Both the position numbers and the translations under genes were made by a program. The notes beneath the pieces are model-generated. The model was given only the letters and a program-made list of their open reading frames with translations. It searched no databases and was not told the DNA's origin. A stretch of 64,000 nt of DNA, from assembly GCA_051362555.1 (NCBI GenBank), contig CM120648.1, positions 12,024,587 through 12,088,586 on the forward strand. The letters are read 5' to 3'. Positions within the stretch are counted from its first letter, which is position 1, and each line of letters starts with the position of its first letter. The DNA comes from Lingula anatina. Taxonomy: Eukaryota > Animalia > Brachiopoda. Of the stretch, positions 1 through 16,377 are shown piece after piece.

Positions 1-1624
1 TGCCTCTCCAGTTTGGAGAACGGGTTGGAAAAATCTGTTTTCTCTGCCCCAGTTGTCTCGCACGATTCGATGTTACGTCACCTCTCAAGCCCTTTCTGTT
101 GCCAGTTTTGCCGGGAAAGTTGGTGTTCACCGGCGCCGCTCACGTTCTTAAGTGACCGTCAGACACTACCGCGGCGGTCTTATTCAGGAGTTGTCGTGAC
201 AAAACACACTGTCGCTAGCCCATCATGTCGTCATCCACATTTGCATATAATTCAATTTCCTCCTCGCTGGCGACTCGGTTACACGCTTGTAGACCTCAGT
301 TGATAAGAAAACTTAATTCTCGTCATTAAGAGATAAAACACATAATCTTCGCCACGCGATGCTTGAAAGTGATACGCGGATCTGATTTACATAAATGCAT
401 TTATTTCAGTGCCACGGCGCATTCACACGAAACCGTCTGTTTTTCATTTAACCGCTGATAGTAACGAGCTATCATTTAACATTTAAGTCCCTTAGAACAT
501 AAGTATTAATGCCTTTTAATCTGATCAGAGACACTGAGACATAATTCGGGTGGTTTCTTTTGCACGTGCGGGTTTCAAAATCTACAAAAGTGTGCGTTTC
601 CATGTGTTTTTAGGTGCGTGTGTCCGCGTCAGTCGTAAATCGTAACATATATTTGCTGCTATCTGTTTCACGATAGATGGCGCCATTTATATCGTTTTTT
701 TCACTCGGCAATTTTAAACTGGTAACAAAATTTATCAACACTGGCATCGAGGTAATTATGCAACACAATGCAACCATAACTGCCCTCTGGTCTTGGTTTT
801 TACAAAGAAAACTGTTTTGTGAAATACACATTTTCATCAGTTTGAATTATCGAGGTTTTATTTGTTTTTCATTGACGTTCATCTCCTCATTAAATAAAAA
901 AAAAACTGTGTTGGGCAGCTAGAATAAAACAATGGGGTCTGTTGTCATCATTTGTGAATAATAAAAATGCAAAACGTACAATGCCAATGTAATATTATTT
1001 CTAATAATATACTAGAAAAATAAGAACATAAACACTTGACCAAGGAAAACAGATATGGACGTCATGAGAATAAATGCAAGTTTAACTCACAAATAACTAA
1101 ACAAATGACAAAACTAATGATATCTGTACAGGTAATATGACCTCCCTCGCCTGTTATTAATTCAAATTTCGTTATCAGTGTCTAAAACCTGGTGATTTCA
1201 AGTTCATTTTGGTTTCTTTACACCCAATTTTTCATCTGTACGTCTCTCAGGAATATCAACCAAAATGTCCCCATATCGGTAACATCTTGTGGAGTCTTTC
1301 GTTCCAAGTTCATTTTCGACTATCAGTGTCCCAGAATTGTGTGACTTTCTACAGAGGGTTCTTCCATTCGTGCAGAATTATGGGCAACTATTGCTAGAGC
1401 TCATCATACCAGACTAACATATTTCTTCCAAATTTTATTTATCATAGACTGACACAGACTTATAATGGTCAAACCGTACTAAAAAAACTTGATTACTGCT
1501 GGGATCATGTAGATGGGCCAAGCTCTTTGTTGGTTTGCTAATCTTACAATTCGGTGACATTAGTTAAATAAAAAAATAAAAACTGTCTGTATTTCTTTAT
1601 GCTGCGGAAAATTCAGTTCCTCAT

Positions 1625-1839
1625 CTATTTTTTATTCATGCCGATTGGCAGTATTGTCATTGTGTCGCCTGGGCCCCCTTTTACGCATGCGTCGAACTCG
1701 TTACTTCCGCATAGTAAGAAATCAATGGCGGGGCCATCGCAGGGGGGCGTTCCCATGGCATCAAGATTGCGACACACCCTCATACGGTACTTGACACCTT
1801 GACAACACGAGGAAAATTGAGACCAGTTTGTCCATCCCT
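1625..1839 (-). CDS. TSP1 protein exon 3 (TSR domain, stop)
   Basis: atttcag|AG GGA TGG: EGWTNWSQFSSCCQGVKYRMRVC...PPCDG...LLC...DAC; WxxW, RxRxC and 6 Cys are TSR hallmarks. Confidence 0.85.
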
Positions 1840-4800
1840 CTGAAATTAAAAATAATATCGCTTTTATTTTACACATATTTTGATTGCAAAGAAGTGCTAC
1901 TATATAAATAGTACAATGGTAGAATAAATCTCCTACCAAATTTGCACAGTCTGGCTATTCCTATACTTCCACACTTCAAGATAAAATCAGCAGTATTTCT
2001 ATGCGAAATGCAATATTGCACAATACTCTGATACCGTTTTGATTTCTAAGCAAAATTTCCCAGATTAAGATATTCCATTTGCAACCTCTTTTCGTTATCA
2101 CAAACTCAAAATCACATCATACAAAATTATGGCTGCATTACTTACGAGATATCAAAGTCGGGCAAAGCAAATATGCCTCAAATCTCTCTATATTTTCATA
2201 AATTTAATTCACCAGCTCTCCCATGAACATTACAACATCGTCAAACCCACCTGTAGATGGCGGCACAACACCAGGTGATGGACCAAGTAAAAATGGCCTC
2301 GTTTGCGGCTGATTCCTCACAAAGCCCGGGGGTTGGAAATACCCTGTGTTTCCTTGGTAACCCGTCTGGGTCTGGCCCCCAGTGTTACCGCTGGAGCCCC
2401 CATACATTGTCATGAATGGACGACCGTAGGGCGGGCTCTGATACCCTGGGGATTGGACTGACACACCGCCGCCACCATAGTACGAAGTCTGGAAAGGCCG
2501 CCCGTTCGGTGTGCCATAGGGCGAATTATAGCCGCTGTAGTATGACGGTCCCTGACCATAAGGCCCTTGTGCTGTAAAATAACTTGAGAAACTCAATCTA
2601 AATCATTTTTATGACATCAATGACCGTTAAACTGTTCATCCTTGACGTGAGTTATCTCACCAATAATTTCGAATCAATTTTCAGTATTTGGGTTATTCTT
2701 AATGTGGGCAAGTTATTGACAAAAATATACTCTTTTTGTTTTCCTTGCTTAATGCGTAGTGGTCATTTTATATAAAAATAGGAAATAACATGACACTCGA
2801 TATAGATGAGTATTCGGATTGAAGGTAAAGGATCCTCCTCAAATTTAAATGAGAAATGATAGAAATATTTCGTAAAAGTAAAATATGCCCAAAGAAATTT
2901 CTGAATGCATCACTGTCAGTGATGCATTCAGAAAACCGTACATAAAGTTCGCCACAGATTGAGATTAGGTAATTATATGTATGAGAGTTTTAAAATTATA
3001 AATGGAGAAGTATACCCCTTGCTTTTCTTAAACGATGTACATACATGACGTGAGTGAAGATTACAACACGATATTTCATGATTGCACATTGGGCTTTCTA
3101 ATTACATTAACGACGGGATTAGAAAGTGCTGATTGCTATCGACGAAACGCCACTGATGACTCGTTTAATTGTAGGTTTTCCATTTACGTCATTACTGTAA
3201 TGATTGAGATAAGAATTCCACGCCGAGACTTGTACGTATAAGGAGATACAAGTTCAGGCAGGTATAATGTGACAGAGTCTCCAATGATAGAGAGACCGCT
3301 TCCCATTCATTTGTACGGGGCCCGTATCTCGAAAGCATCGCGTATTAACCTTTTTCATCTTTTGCGGAAATACGAAGTGCGCATGACAGGAACCGCGCGC
3401 CACAGGGGTCATAGTGGTCCTCTGCTGTTTCCAGCATGGCAATGCTAGGTGTAGATGATGTACAAGGTGCGCATATAAAAAGGTCGTATGAAGCGTGCAT
3501 TGCTTTCTGTCAAACTAAAAAGGTGGCTGAAGCACAGAAATGCGTAAACTGTAGGCAAGAAACAGCTATTTGGACGGAGAATCAAGCAATTAAATATTTT
3601 CTTTCTCAGTTTAAATACGATGCGCTTTACAACTAGACTTCACCTAAGCGTCCGAGCCTTGGCTGTACTTTCAATAGTGATGACGAACTAAAGCTTCGGA
3701 GTTCTTTTAACTGCTTCCGATAATAAAGATATGCGAAAGAGACTCGTTATTTTTTTTTTATATAAAATCAAAATAGCCAGTAGACTCGTACACAGCTTTC
3801 AAGAGTGTGGACAGGTGGGCAGGCCTACGTCTTCACAATTTTGTACATGTATATATGCAAGCTGTGGCGATATCACCTCATGTACCGGCAGTGTCAATTC
3901 ATTACGATTTTTATGTCTTGTTTGAAGGATATCTTAAGAGATTTTTAAAGTGATAAAATGAAAAGATTTCCTGTATTGTTTGACTAGTAGCTACTGTGTA
4001 TACAGGTAAAACTGACACGCAGATCGTTCGTCGGTGAACTGATTAAATCGTTTGGTACCTGATAAGGCATCAGGTGTTACTTGTTCAATTGTTCGGTAAG
4101 GCGGGCGGCCACAACTATGACCTTTCCTCTGTAATTACAACCTTTTAAGTGTTAAATAGGTGAGACAGGAATTCTCGACTCTTTCCCAGACGATAATTAA
4201 AGTTTACCGTGTCTTACTCTAGTATATGTACAAAATTGACGACAGGTAAAAAATGTCAGCCTTTCGGTCTGACAAGTATGAAAATTTTGTCAAACTGAAA
4301 CAAAAACAAAATTATAGCAAGAGGCCAAATTATTTGATTTTTAAATGTTTTCATACGTATTTTCATCGTTTTCAATCACAGACAATTAAATCATTCAAAT
4401 AAAGTGTTTCCCACACATTTCATACTTTTCAACTATCTAAGACAGTTAAATATACGTAGGCCTACTTTAATACTAAGCATATTTGTATTACTTTACAAAT
4501 ACGTTGTTGGATTATGTTTATTATCCATTTTGTCTTTACCATACATGTATTATGTACGTGTAGCTTACAGAAAGGCTTTTCTGCATTTTTTGTATTTTCC
4601 AATTCTCTTGTCATTGAGTTCAGAAATAAATAACTTTTTATTTCGCCGATAACGCGTTCAACAAGAGCCGATGTACTTTCTTCTTCGTATGTCTCTGTTG
4701 ATCTTGATAATATGAGCCCCGTTTGTACAAATCAGTAATACGTATACGGGACTGAATACATAATAATAAAAATTTTATTAACGTCTCAAGTTAAAAAAAA

Positions 4801-7778
4801 AAAAGTAGAACCCGCCCTGCTAAGGGTTATTAGAGACTAAAACCTGTGATGGGCCTACAACATTTAAAATGATCACTTACCAATAAAACACACACAAAAA
4901 GGATATTACATACAAAACTTTTCAAACCTTCTCTTTGTTGTTACACAAAAAGTCGTGAAAGTTCTTGAATTTTTTGTAAGTAGAATCCCCGTGTAAAACT
5001 TCATAGCTTTTACTTTCTTTTTCCATAATCTCATGCTTGAAGTCTTTTCTTAATTTTTAGGCCCCGGCCTATTCTTCAATTTTTTTTCAAATCTTTATAA
5101 TGTTTTTTTTTCTCGCATTTTTACCCCCGAGTTCTATTTGTCGATAGTTCGTTATATCCGTTGTTTAACTAATCATTTCTATCTTTTATTAAAGCACCGT
5201 TGATCTCCTAATATTATAGTTTTTCTTCCCGCCTTCGAAATGTTCAGCGCAAACGCGGTGCCCTGCTTTTGATCCAAACCTGCTATATTTTCCTTTCTTT
5301 CTACCATATTTTTCATTCTAACGGGTTTGTTGGGAACTTATTAAACCTCATGTGTCGATCTCGCTTACTGTTATTGTAGTAGCGGGACAAAAAGCACGTA
5401 AACCCAGCCATGGTTTTTAGCACCGCTGTAAGTGTTTCGACGTAGCAGGGCTCCCCTACCCACAATGCAATTTCAATTTCCGGAAAAGATGAAAAAGGCT
5501 AATTGCGAATCGCTATATCAAATAGAGGCTACAATGTATTATATAGGACGAGTATGGGCGAGTTATGGAATCGAGACGCTTGCGCACGTGTGCAACATAG
5601 CGAAGCTTTCGAGATACGGGGCCCAGGTAAACCTCGCCCTAGATTTTGACCCATTCAGGCCTCATTCAGAAGAGGGGACTAACAGATCCACGGATCAAAT
5701 ATGGCCGACCTACTTGAATGCTTGTTGCATAACCCCCGCAGAAAATTTATTCAGTGTCTAATCCTGAATTAAGTGGCAAGCTTTTTGGTAGTTCGTCACA
5801 TTTGAACTTCGCATCTGTTAGTCTACTGTTCCGAATGCGCTCTTAGGGGGCCATTCATAATAGAGGACTAACTAGTCCGAGGGCCAAATATGGCCGATCC
5901 ACATGAATACTTCCCCATGAGATATCAATTCAGTGTCTATTAGCGGATTAGACGGCAAGTTTTGTAGTTGGTCGCCATATTTGACCTTCGGACTAGTTAG
6001 TCCCCTATTCTGAATGGAGCCTTTGTCAGGCTAACCCCAACCATTATAACTTAATGGAGAGCGGACTTTCTGTCACACGGACCCTCAGTTTCGTTACACT
6101 GGTGCCATCTTTAATACAGGTTCCGGTTCGCATTAAGCCTCGTCCTAGTTTTTGGCCAACTTACGTCACGCTAACCCTAACCCGTGTGAATCTAATAGAG
6201 GGTGAACACTGTTATGGGGATCCTCGGTTCCAAAGCCAATGATAAATTAGCAAGAAGAAGGAGGAGAATAAGAAGATATTTACAAGTAAGCTCCTTATCC
6301 CACTCAGCGATGTGTACAATTTTAAGTTCAAACCCTAAATTTCTAAAGCATGCCATGTAAATTACCAACAACACACTCTAAGATTCTAAAGAATACCAAC
6401 TGAAATTACCAATTACACGTATACTAGGAAGTACTTAGTGATGATAAAATTAATGTGCATTAGTCATTCGTCAATTTGGCATAAACCAACGCTTATTCAT
6501 CTAATGATATAAATCTTAATGGTTGAATAGCGCAGACGTTTCTATTTGATAATGCTCTGTTGGTTTCAGGACACAAAATCTTTCAACTGACCAAATGGAC
6601 GTTCATTAATGCAAATAAGGGTTTGAGGAAATACGAAGTAGTCCATTATGTCCCTTAATGCGAAGAAGGGTTTAGAGTTAAAGGCTGATATTGTTCCGAG
6701 TTTTTATTATTTTTTTTGTTAACTGCCCTTAAAGTATGTACAAACGTAGACCTTACGTTCACTGAGTAGAGGAAAATTAAGGAAATGGTTCGATTTAATT
6801 AAGCAATGGGTCGTAATACACGTTACCATTAACATTGTTCGAACATGATAAGTCCATTAAATTCATACAATGCGCGTAAGATTCTTATTAATTAATAAAA
6901 GTTATAAATCAAATAAATTAAATTCAAAAAGCTTGTAGCTCATAAACTTCTTTATAGTTTATAATTTTAATAGTTTTTGATATGATTTACTTTGATGATT
7001 TAGGAGAAAAGTTGGAATTTCAAATAAAATCAAATGTTGTCCTTCTGAAAGCCTAACACTCATTGTGTGACCAAAACGATTTGGATCTTAAGTGTGGAAT
7101 GGCGCAGCAGATTCCATTTATGAAATAAATACTTCACACCATCAGACGTTGATTTCAGGTAACGCAGTTTATCAACTGACCGATTGAAAGTTTGAGGAAG
7201 TAGGACCATAATTAAGGTGGGAAATGGATACCTGCAACTACTTAATAAGAGGCTGGAGGTCAGATGTCATCACGGACTCTTTTTCCCAGAATTCTTCATT
7301 CAAACGTTTGGTGCAATCGTGTTGTAAGTGTGGATATTTTTAGATCTTCACGGGAAAATTGAGGAAATTATACAATCTAATTTAGATAGAATACGTGATA
7401 CACGCGACCATGGTTTGCACACGGTTTGTGCAATTTATAAAAGTTCATCATATAAACAGAACCAGATCTTCGCTTAAATCTTCAAGGAGATGAAGATAAT
7501 TTTGTTTCATGAAAATTGAAATACTGGGGTGTAATGTCAAATGGAATTCTTTTTAGGGAAATATTTAACGACAGAACATTAATGTCAAACGAACTAATTC
7601 TTTGTATGCATGTCTACCCAAAGACTAAATCAAACTCAGCAAGGAAAGGCTGATGGATACACATTTTAATCACGGATATAGTAATAAGTAATCCAAAGCG
7701 TAGTAAAGTGGCCCTACCTTGTGTTCCTACGACAACGAGCAAAAAAGCTGCTCCTATCCCGAAAAGTCGAGACGCCAT
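1625..7778 (-). CDS. Secreted Gly/Tyr/Pro/Gln-rich protein with one C-terminal thrombospondin type-1 repeat (3 exons, 198 aa)
   Basis: Exons 7778-7718, 2571-2251 and 1839-1625 join through phase-1 GT-AG introns; 597 nt in total, open to TAG. Extra small exons in the 5-kb intron cannot be excluded. Confidence 0.8.
2251..2571 (-). CDS. TSP1 protein exon 2 (G/Y/P/Q low-complexity region)
   Basis: ttttacag|CA CAA GGG...: QGPYGQGPSYYSGYNSPYG...PPST, donor ACAG|gtgggt. Confidence 0.8.
2898..2934. repeat. Perfect 37-bp palindrome
   Basis: tttctgaatgcatcactg-t-cagtgatgcattcagaaa; 18-bp arms, 1-nt spacer. Confidence 0.95.
3318..3385. mobile_element. Fragment of MITE family A
   Basis: ggggcccgtatctcgaaagcatcgcg terminus shared with 5600-5622 and 9435-9581; internal aaaagatgaaaaagg shared with about 5485. 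Confidence 0.6.
5446..5622. mobile_element. MITE family A copy (degenerate)
   Basis: gagtatgggcgagttatggaatcgagacgcttgcgc...gctttcgagatacggggccc matches the 9435-9581 element. Confidence 0.65.
5658..6021. mobile_element. Two tandem MITE family B copies (5658-5842, 5847-6021), PIF/Harbinger-like
   Basis: Long imperfect TIRs (ggggccattcataatagaggactaactagtccga... / ...tcggactagttagtcccctattctgaatggagcc); a TTA lies between the copies. Confidence 0.7.
7718..7778 (-). CDS. TSP1 protein exon 1 (signal peptide)
   Basis: MASRLFGIGAAFLLVVVGTQ+G|gtaggg; hydrophobic core; the phase-1 donor matches the next acceptor. Confidence 0.75.
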
Positions 7779-7815
7779 CCTTTCTGTATTTATTTCTCAA
7801 TTTCCAGTGCAGTTA

Positions 7816-7847
7816 TGAGTCAAGAATTTCAAAGATTGGTTTATATA
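7816..7847 (-). promoter_or_regulatory. TATA box and initiator of the TSP1-protein gene
   Basis: Minus-strand TATATAAA at 7847-7840 with a TCA initiator-like A at 7816 (31 nt spacing), 38 nt before the ATG. Confidence 0.5.
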
Positions 7848-9434
7848 CGTGCTTTTGATGGCGTCATGGTCAACATTATCGCCGAAAGGTCCATATATCA
7901 CGAACGAAACGTGAACAACAATATTGTCATGCATAACGGAAGATAAGGCTGAAAACAACCAAGTGTAACAGAATTAAGGAGTGCGGAATTTTGTCAAGAG
8001 AGTCTACCACAATTAAAAACATTTCCGAGAGTCGTTATTTATGTATTCTTATTATTTATTTTTACTTTTCTATCATCATTCTGCCGCGATTCAATCTAAG
8101 AAGAATAAAAGAAATAAAGAAAAAGAAAAAAGTTATACTTCGATGAATTAACGAATAATATTACCTGAGGTTGCACCGACGCACCTCCGTCCGGAATGTA
8201 TTAATCGAGTGTTCTTTTATAATAGGCCTACGACATCTGAACGCAGGTTTCATTAATACTACGTAACTACGCATAGCACTATGAAATCATTCTTCCATCG
8301 ACGCTGTGTCCGTAAGCAAGGCCAGAATTGATACGTTATGATAACGTTATAAATTAATTTTTTATCTATGTAAATCTATAGAATTATGACCGCAGCATGT
8401 AGAGAAGCTCATTATTACCCGGGGTATTTTTGCTTTCAGTATTCTCGGACATTCAACAGCATGCTTCTTGAAGCGCGTAGCATAAGATATATTGTAATGT
8501 TCTGTATAATAAAACTTGACGAGGTGACTAGTTACTATATACGCATACATGCATAATACGCAATCGCGTGCTCGTCAATGCAGCTGTGTTGTAATTCACG
8601 TATCAAATAGTTTTATTTAAAAAAAAAACCATTAGATGTATTTCGTTATTTATTATAGCAATTTATCCCCTTAAAATAAGGTATTATCATCTGATTGACT
8701 ACCTTTTTTCGACACTTGGCTATTTATAGACATTTGACGTCATCTCTGCACATCTGAAGACACGCGTGACAACTAAGTGTTTCCTAATCTAGATTGTACG
8801 GCCTTGTGTGTGTTATCTTATACAATTATACATGCAGGCACCACAAGTGCACTACCGGCGCACACTGCGACATCTCAGCTGAGCTACTTCGCAAGTGATA
8901 GTTAAGCGATCTCGTTCACGTCTTCCTGTGCGCCCACATGACGCACAGCGGTACAAGCATGACCTAACCCTCGTTCCAACGAGGACGACTGCGGACAAGT
9001 AGCTGAAAAAAAAAACGCTTCGTTAGTCTGGTAGCTTAGCTTATAACTGAAAGAATGCGATGGTCTTAGTAGTTAGGCAGCGTGGTGAGCCTACTCCTTG
9101 CTATAAAGAGTCATTGTCTTTAGAGCTATCTGCTACTCAAAGAGTTGTGCTGCCAGAGCATTCACGCCGTCTTCTCTGTCGCATTTCCATGCAGAACATT
9201 GCACTAATTAATACCTTTTCTCATCTTTTTCTTTGTCGTTTTTTCTTCTCATCGATAATGGCCGTAAAGGAATTATGCTTATCGTACGCTTGTTTGGAAA
9301 ACGGGCAAAAGGAAGACCAAGAACAGCATGGCTGGACAACATAAAAGAATGGACCAATCAAAAATAAAGTACAAGCACACGAATGGCACAAGATCGAGAT
9401 ATCCATGCCATGGCGACCCATGACAGCTAACCTG

Positions 9435-9581
9435 AGACCCGTAACTCGAAAGCATCGCGCATTGCGACCGAGCGCAAGCGTCTCGATTCCATAACTCGCC
9501 CATACTCGCCCCATATGGGGGTTATAGAATCGAGACTCTTGCGCTGGGTCGCAATGCGCGATGCTTTCGAGTTACGGGGCC
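9435..9581. mobile_element. Palindromic MITE family A, PIF/Harbinger-like
   Basis: About 60-bp near-perfect inverted arms (cccgtaactcgaaagcatcgcgcattgcgacc...); CTG flanks both ends (9432-9434, 9582-9584), a CWG-type TSD. Confidence 0.85.
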
Positions 9582-9959
9582 CTGCTTAGAGTGGATGGCA
9601 CCCAATGATGAGGATGATGACTCTTGTTTGACACGCCTTGTTCTCTATTCATTTATATGGAGGCTAACTACTCTCTTCTTACAGAGTAACAGATTCAGGG
9701 GTCTGTTTCACGTAAAAAAAATCTGAAGTTCTTGGACCAAGCTTACCCGCTTTTGCAATATCGAACTAAAAGCTTTAAGAATATTAATAATTGGTCAACA
9801 ATAATTGTGCATGACATGCCTAAATGGGTGTTGTTATCGGTGACAGCATAAAGTTTAGTCAGGTAATTAAGTTTAGCATTCTTTAAGAATTGTCTACATG
9901 TAGTAATGCAACTTCGTCATCGACGTGTAAGGTTTCAGCTCGAGAATTTGTACAGCCGG

Positions 9960-10078
9960 CCCAAGTGTTGATTCACTCATTTCTCTGGTGTATTTGTTTC
10001 TTCAACACATGCATTGTAAAGCATGCCCAGTTGTTGCTTCACTCATTTCTCTGGTGTATTTGTTTCTTCAACACATGC
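9960..10078. repeat. Short tandem duplication, period 66 bp
   Basis: ttcactcatttctctggtgtatttgtttcttcaacacatgc at 9972 and 10038. Confidence 0.9.
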
Positions 10079-11423
10079 TTTATCATTCATAGATATTTGA
10101 TTCTGGTATTCTTAATAGAATCCCTTCGGTTGATATTATGAGTCCCTGGCGTATTCGCCTTCGACATCGTTCAATGATAATTACTTAAACATCGACAGAA
10201 ACGGTCTTCATTTTATTGATATTCAATCACAATTGCTTTGCAAGTCTTTTTATTTTTATTTTTTATTTTTATTTTTTATTTATTTATTTATTTATTTTTT
10301 TTTGCCACTGAAAAGTCTATATGTCGCTTATAAAATGCCCTCAGCCTTTCTACTAGGAGCTCCCTCGTGGGTATTGTATGTATGTAAAATTCTATTTCTT
10401 AGTCGTGGATATGTCTAGCCACTCTCAAATTACGTCAATTTTAGGCAATAATTTCTCATAAAAAGTCATAATATGTGTCATTTCAATTGCGATGTCAAAC
10501 AAAATTAGAAATCACTTGAAATTATGAAACCTTTTATCAATGGCCCATGATTTTTGTACTGGTATAAAAACTGGATAAAATATACTTTTACAAAACCACT
10601 AAATTTGCCACACGAGGGGAAAAAAAGCCTCCCGGGCCCTAAAAGCTCTTAGTTGTGGCAATCTATACTCCCGAACACTCCGCTGAGCATGAAATTGTTC
10701 ACATTGTTTCAGTAAAATTTGTGATAATTTTGGTTATTCGAGACATTGCGATGCATAACAATATTCTACTTTTCACAAATGCACACTATAGTAGGTCGTA
10801 CATGAACGTGTACACTAGGCGTTCTTTCCACGTCTGCTCCCTTGTCAAATATACGAAGGATCACTCTAGAGAGGTCATATCTTGAATAAACAGAGACCGT
10901 GCCTTACGGCTCATTCCGTGTGACGCGTGGTAATTCCTTTAACTGATTGCATTCAGCCAGAGTCCACGCGGAGTTGGATCGATCTACGTAGAGCGATAGT
11001 TTCATTGGGAGCGAGCCCTAACACTTGTTCATAGCCATATACAAACAGAAAAAGTGAACACGTTCTGCCCCCCCTTCCCACCCCTCCATAAGCGTCTCAC
11101 TTGTTTTTGATACGTGTACATTTTGTCATTCTGTCCCGTCACCCACCGGTCGTAAAACCAGGGATCCGGTTTGAACGGATGCCACTACCAGATCTAATAT
11201 ATGAAGAAAGGGGTGGGATATAAATATAATAGTTATCTTCGTCCATTGCTGCGGAGACATTGTTTTTAATCGTAGCGCTTTTTTGTAGTAGGCTCATCAC
11301 ACGAAACATGGTCTTTTCGGACTAGATAAGTGAGTATTTTCTCCCCTTTTTGGGACTTGATTTGATCAGAATCGGTCACAGAGTTCTGGAAAAAACGGCA
11401 AGAGCTTCATTCGTGTGTCAGGA

Positions 11424-14555
<3,132 letters not shown>

Positions 14556-16312
14556 TCTGTGACGTCACCGTTCTGCCAGTTTGACGAGGTTGGCGAGACT
14601 AGGTGAAACAAGTCACGATTTTAGTTCTCACGAAAGCCTTTTCCTCATTGATTTTTATACACTGACGACCAGAACGCCTGCGAGGCGATAATTGAACAGA
14701 TCTTTTCTCACACCAGAGAAGGAAAACCTGGAGGAGACAACAATTAGATTAAATACGATCAAAGATCAAAGTTAACTGTATCCAAATTCACATGGACTGT
14801 GACATTATCACTCGTGGCAGGGGGATCTTTTTTTTAATTGCATGCGTTATCCATTAACATTTGATACGTAACCCTGATGCTCAAAGTGCTGTTCATAACG
14901 TTCCTGTATCACAGAGTGTCATCGTGATCTTCAAAATCAAGCTTATCTGATTATGTGGGGTTAATTGTGCAAAGCTTGTATGTATATTTATTGCATCAGA
15001 GCCAATTCCTCCACCGTATGCAACTACAAAATATACGTTTGATATGTTGTCTGCGTTCAATGTGCTCCTTCGCATGTCATCTGCAATGTTGACCTCATGC
15101 TTGTAAAGGCCGAAATAAATTTTAGATCACAGCGTTATCAGACTAGTTATACTTATTAACTCACTGAAATTCAACAGCCACTATTTTGACGTCATTGGTT
15201 TATCTAAAATTCAATTAAGTTTGAAGTGGACATTGCACTATATGACTTGCGTTATTGTCAATGTGAGAATGATTGTCAATATAACGGCAATTCCCCCGCA
15301 TTGTGTCATCATGTGAAGAAAAGTAAATACCAAAACAGAAAATGTAAATACCCACCTCAGCTCAAAACGATGACCACACCGCCTAGAGATAAGGGTATAG
15401 AAGCAAGTGAGTGAGCCCCATGCACCAACCCAAATCCTTAGTTTTGTCCGAAAATGCTTTCAGTCCACCAAGTGACAAATGCACTATTGGTGCTCACGTT
15501 AAACTGACGGTCAAGCTGACTTGCAGTGTCGCCCCTCATTTATTTGACCAGCAGTTAATTAGAGTTTGAGTGACGGTAAATCTAGAGATAGAAGACAGCT
15601 ATGCAGTACTGGAATACAAATTAGGTCATTTATTGCCTATCATTTCGCTTTGGCCCTTCACGTCTCTATTTTAAAATTCCAAAATCAGAGTAAATATGGT
15701 GTAAGGGCGTACTTAAACAATTTATCTCGCCATTGTTATTTGATATGATAAGCTTCCCGTTATCTCACGTATGGTACTATGCATCACGTACCCTGCAATA
15801 ACTCGTGTGATTCCGTATCTTAGCACTTAATACGCAATATGGAATCACCCGAGGTGTTCCGGACACTGCCACGAGCACGAAGTGGATCGATAAACTGAGA
15901 GGAGACATGAGTGTGACGTCCAGTTCGGACGAGGTTTAAAAAAGGATCGAAGATTAATAGAACTAACTTTCTACACTTCACCTAATAAGCCTGGACTACT
16001 AGTACCAGCGTGTTATTTGAATCAATGGTGGGTCAAGGGTGGGCTTTGTGGTGGTTGCACGGGGGTGGGGGTGGGGGAGCTCACGTTGGGTCGCATGACC
16101 TTCTCACAACAGTTTTTGCGGCACCCCTTATCCTTAAAAGGTTTTCAATATGGAAAAAGGGCGTTGCTTTTTCTTTTTCGTTTCGTATTATGTAATTTCC
16201 CTTCGGTGCACTAAATAATCCTTTACTAAAACCCACAGGTCTCCCAAGGCACTTATATCGCACCCTCTTCAGGACCACAGATTAATTTCTCACTAGATAT
16301 TCGCAGATATGT

Positions 16313-16329
16313 CCCTGTATAATTCATGG

Positions 16330-16376
<47 letters not shown>
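16313..16376. repeat. (GA)n microsatellite
   Basis: Directly visible. Confidence 0.9.

Positions 16377-16377
<1 letters not shown>

Noticed and set aside
13-303. 96-aa plus-strand ORF
   Set aside because: TTG start and no recognisable domain; it looks like a CpG-rich regulatory or UTR region cut by the window edge.
2204-2250. Extension of TSP1 exon 2 to the donor at 2212 or to the ORF stop
   Set aside because: Phase 0 there is incompatible with the phase-1 TSR exon; the donor at 2251 fits.
4876-4930. Strong minus-strand donor (TTG|gtaagt) as a signal-peptide exon
   Set aside because: In-frame TAA and no ATG in the required phase.
6025-6240. ctaaccctaaccc as an interstitial telomere
   Set aside because: Only two units; more likely part of a small dispersed repeat.
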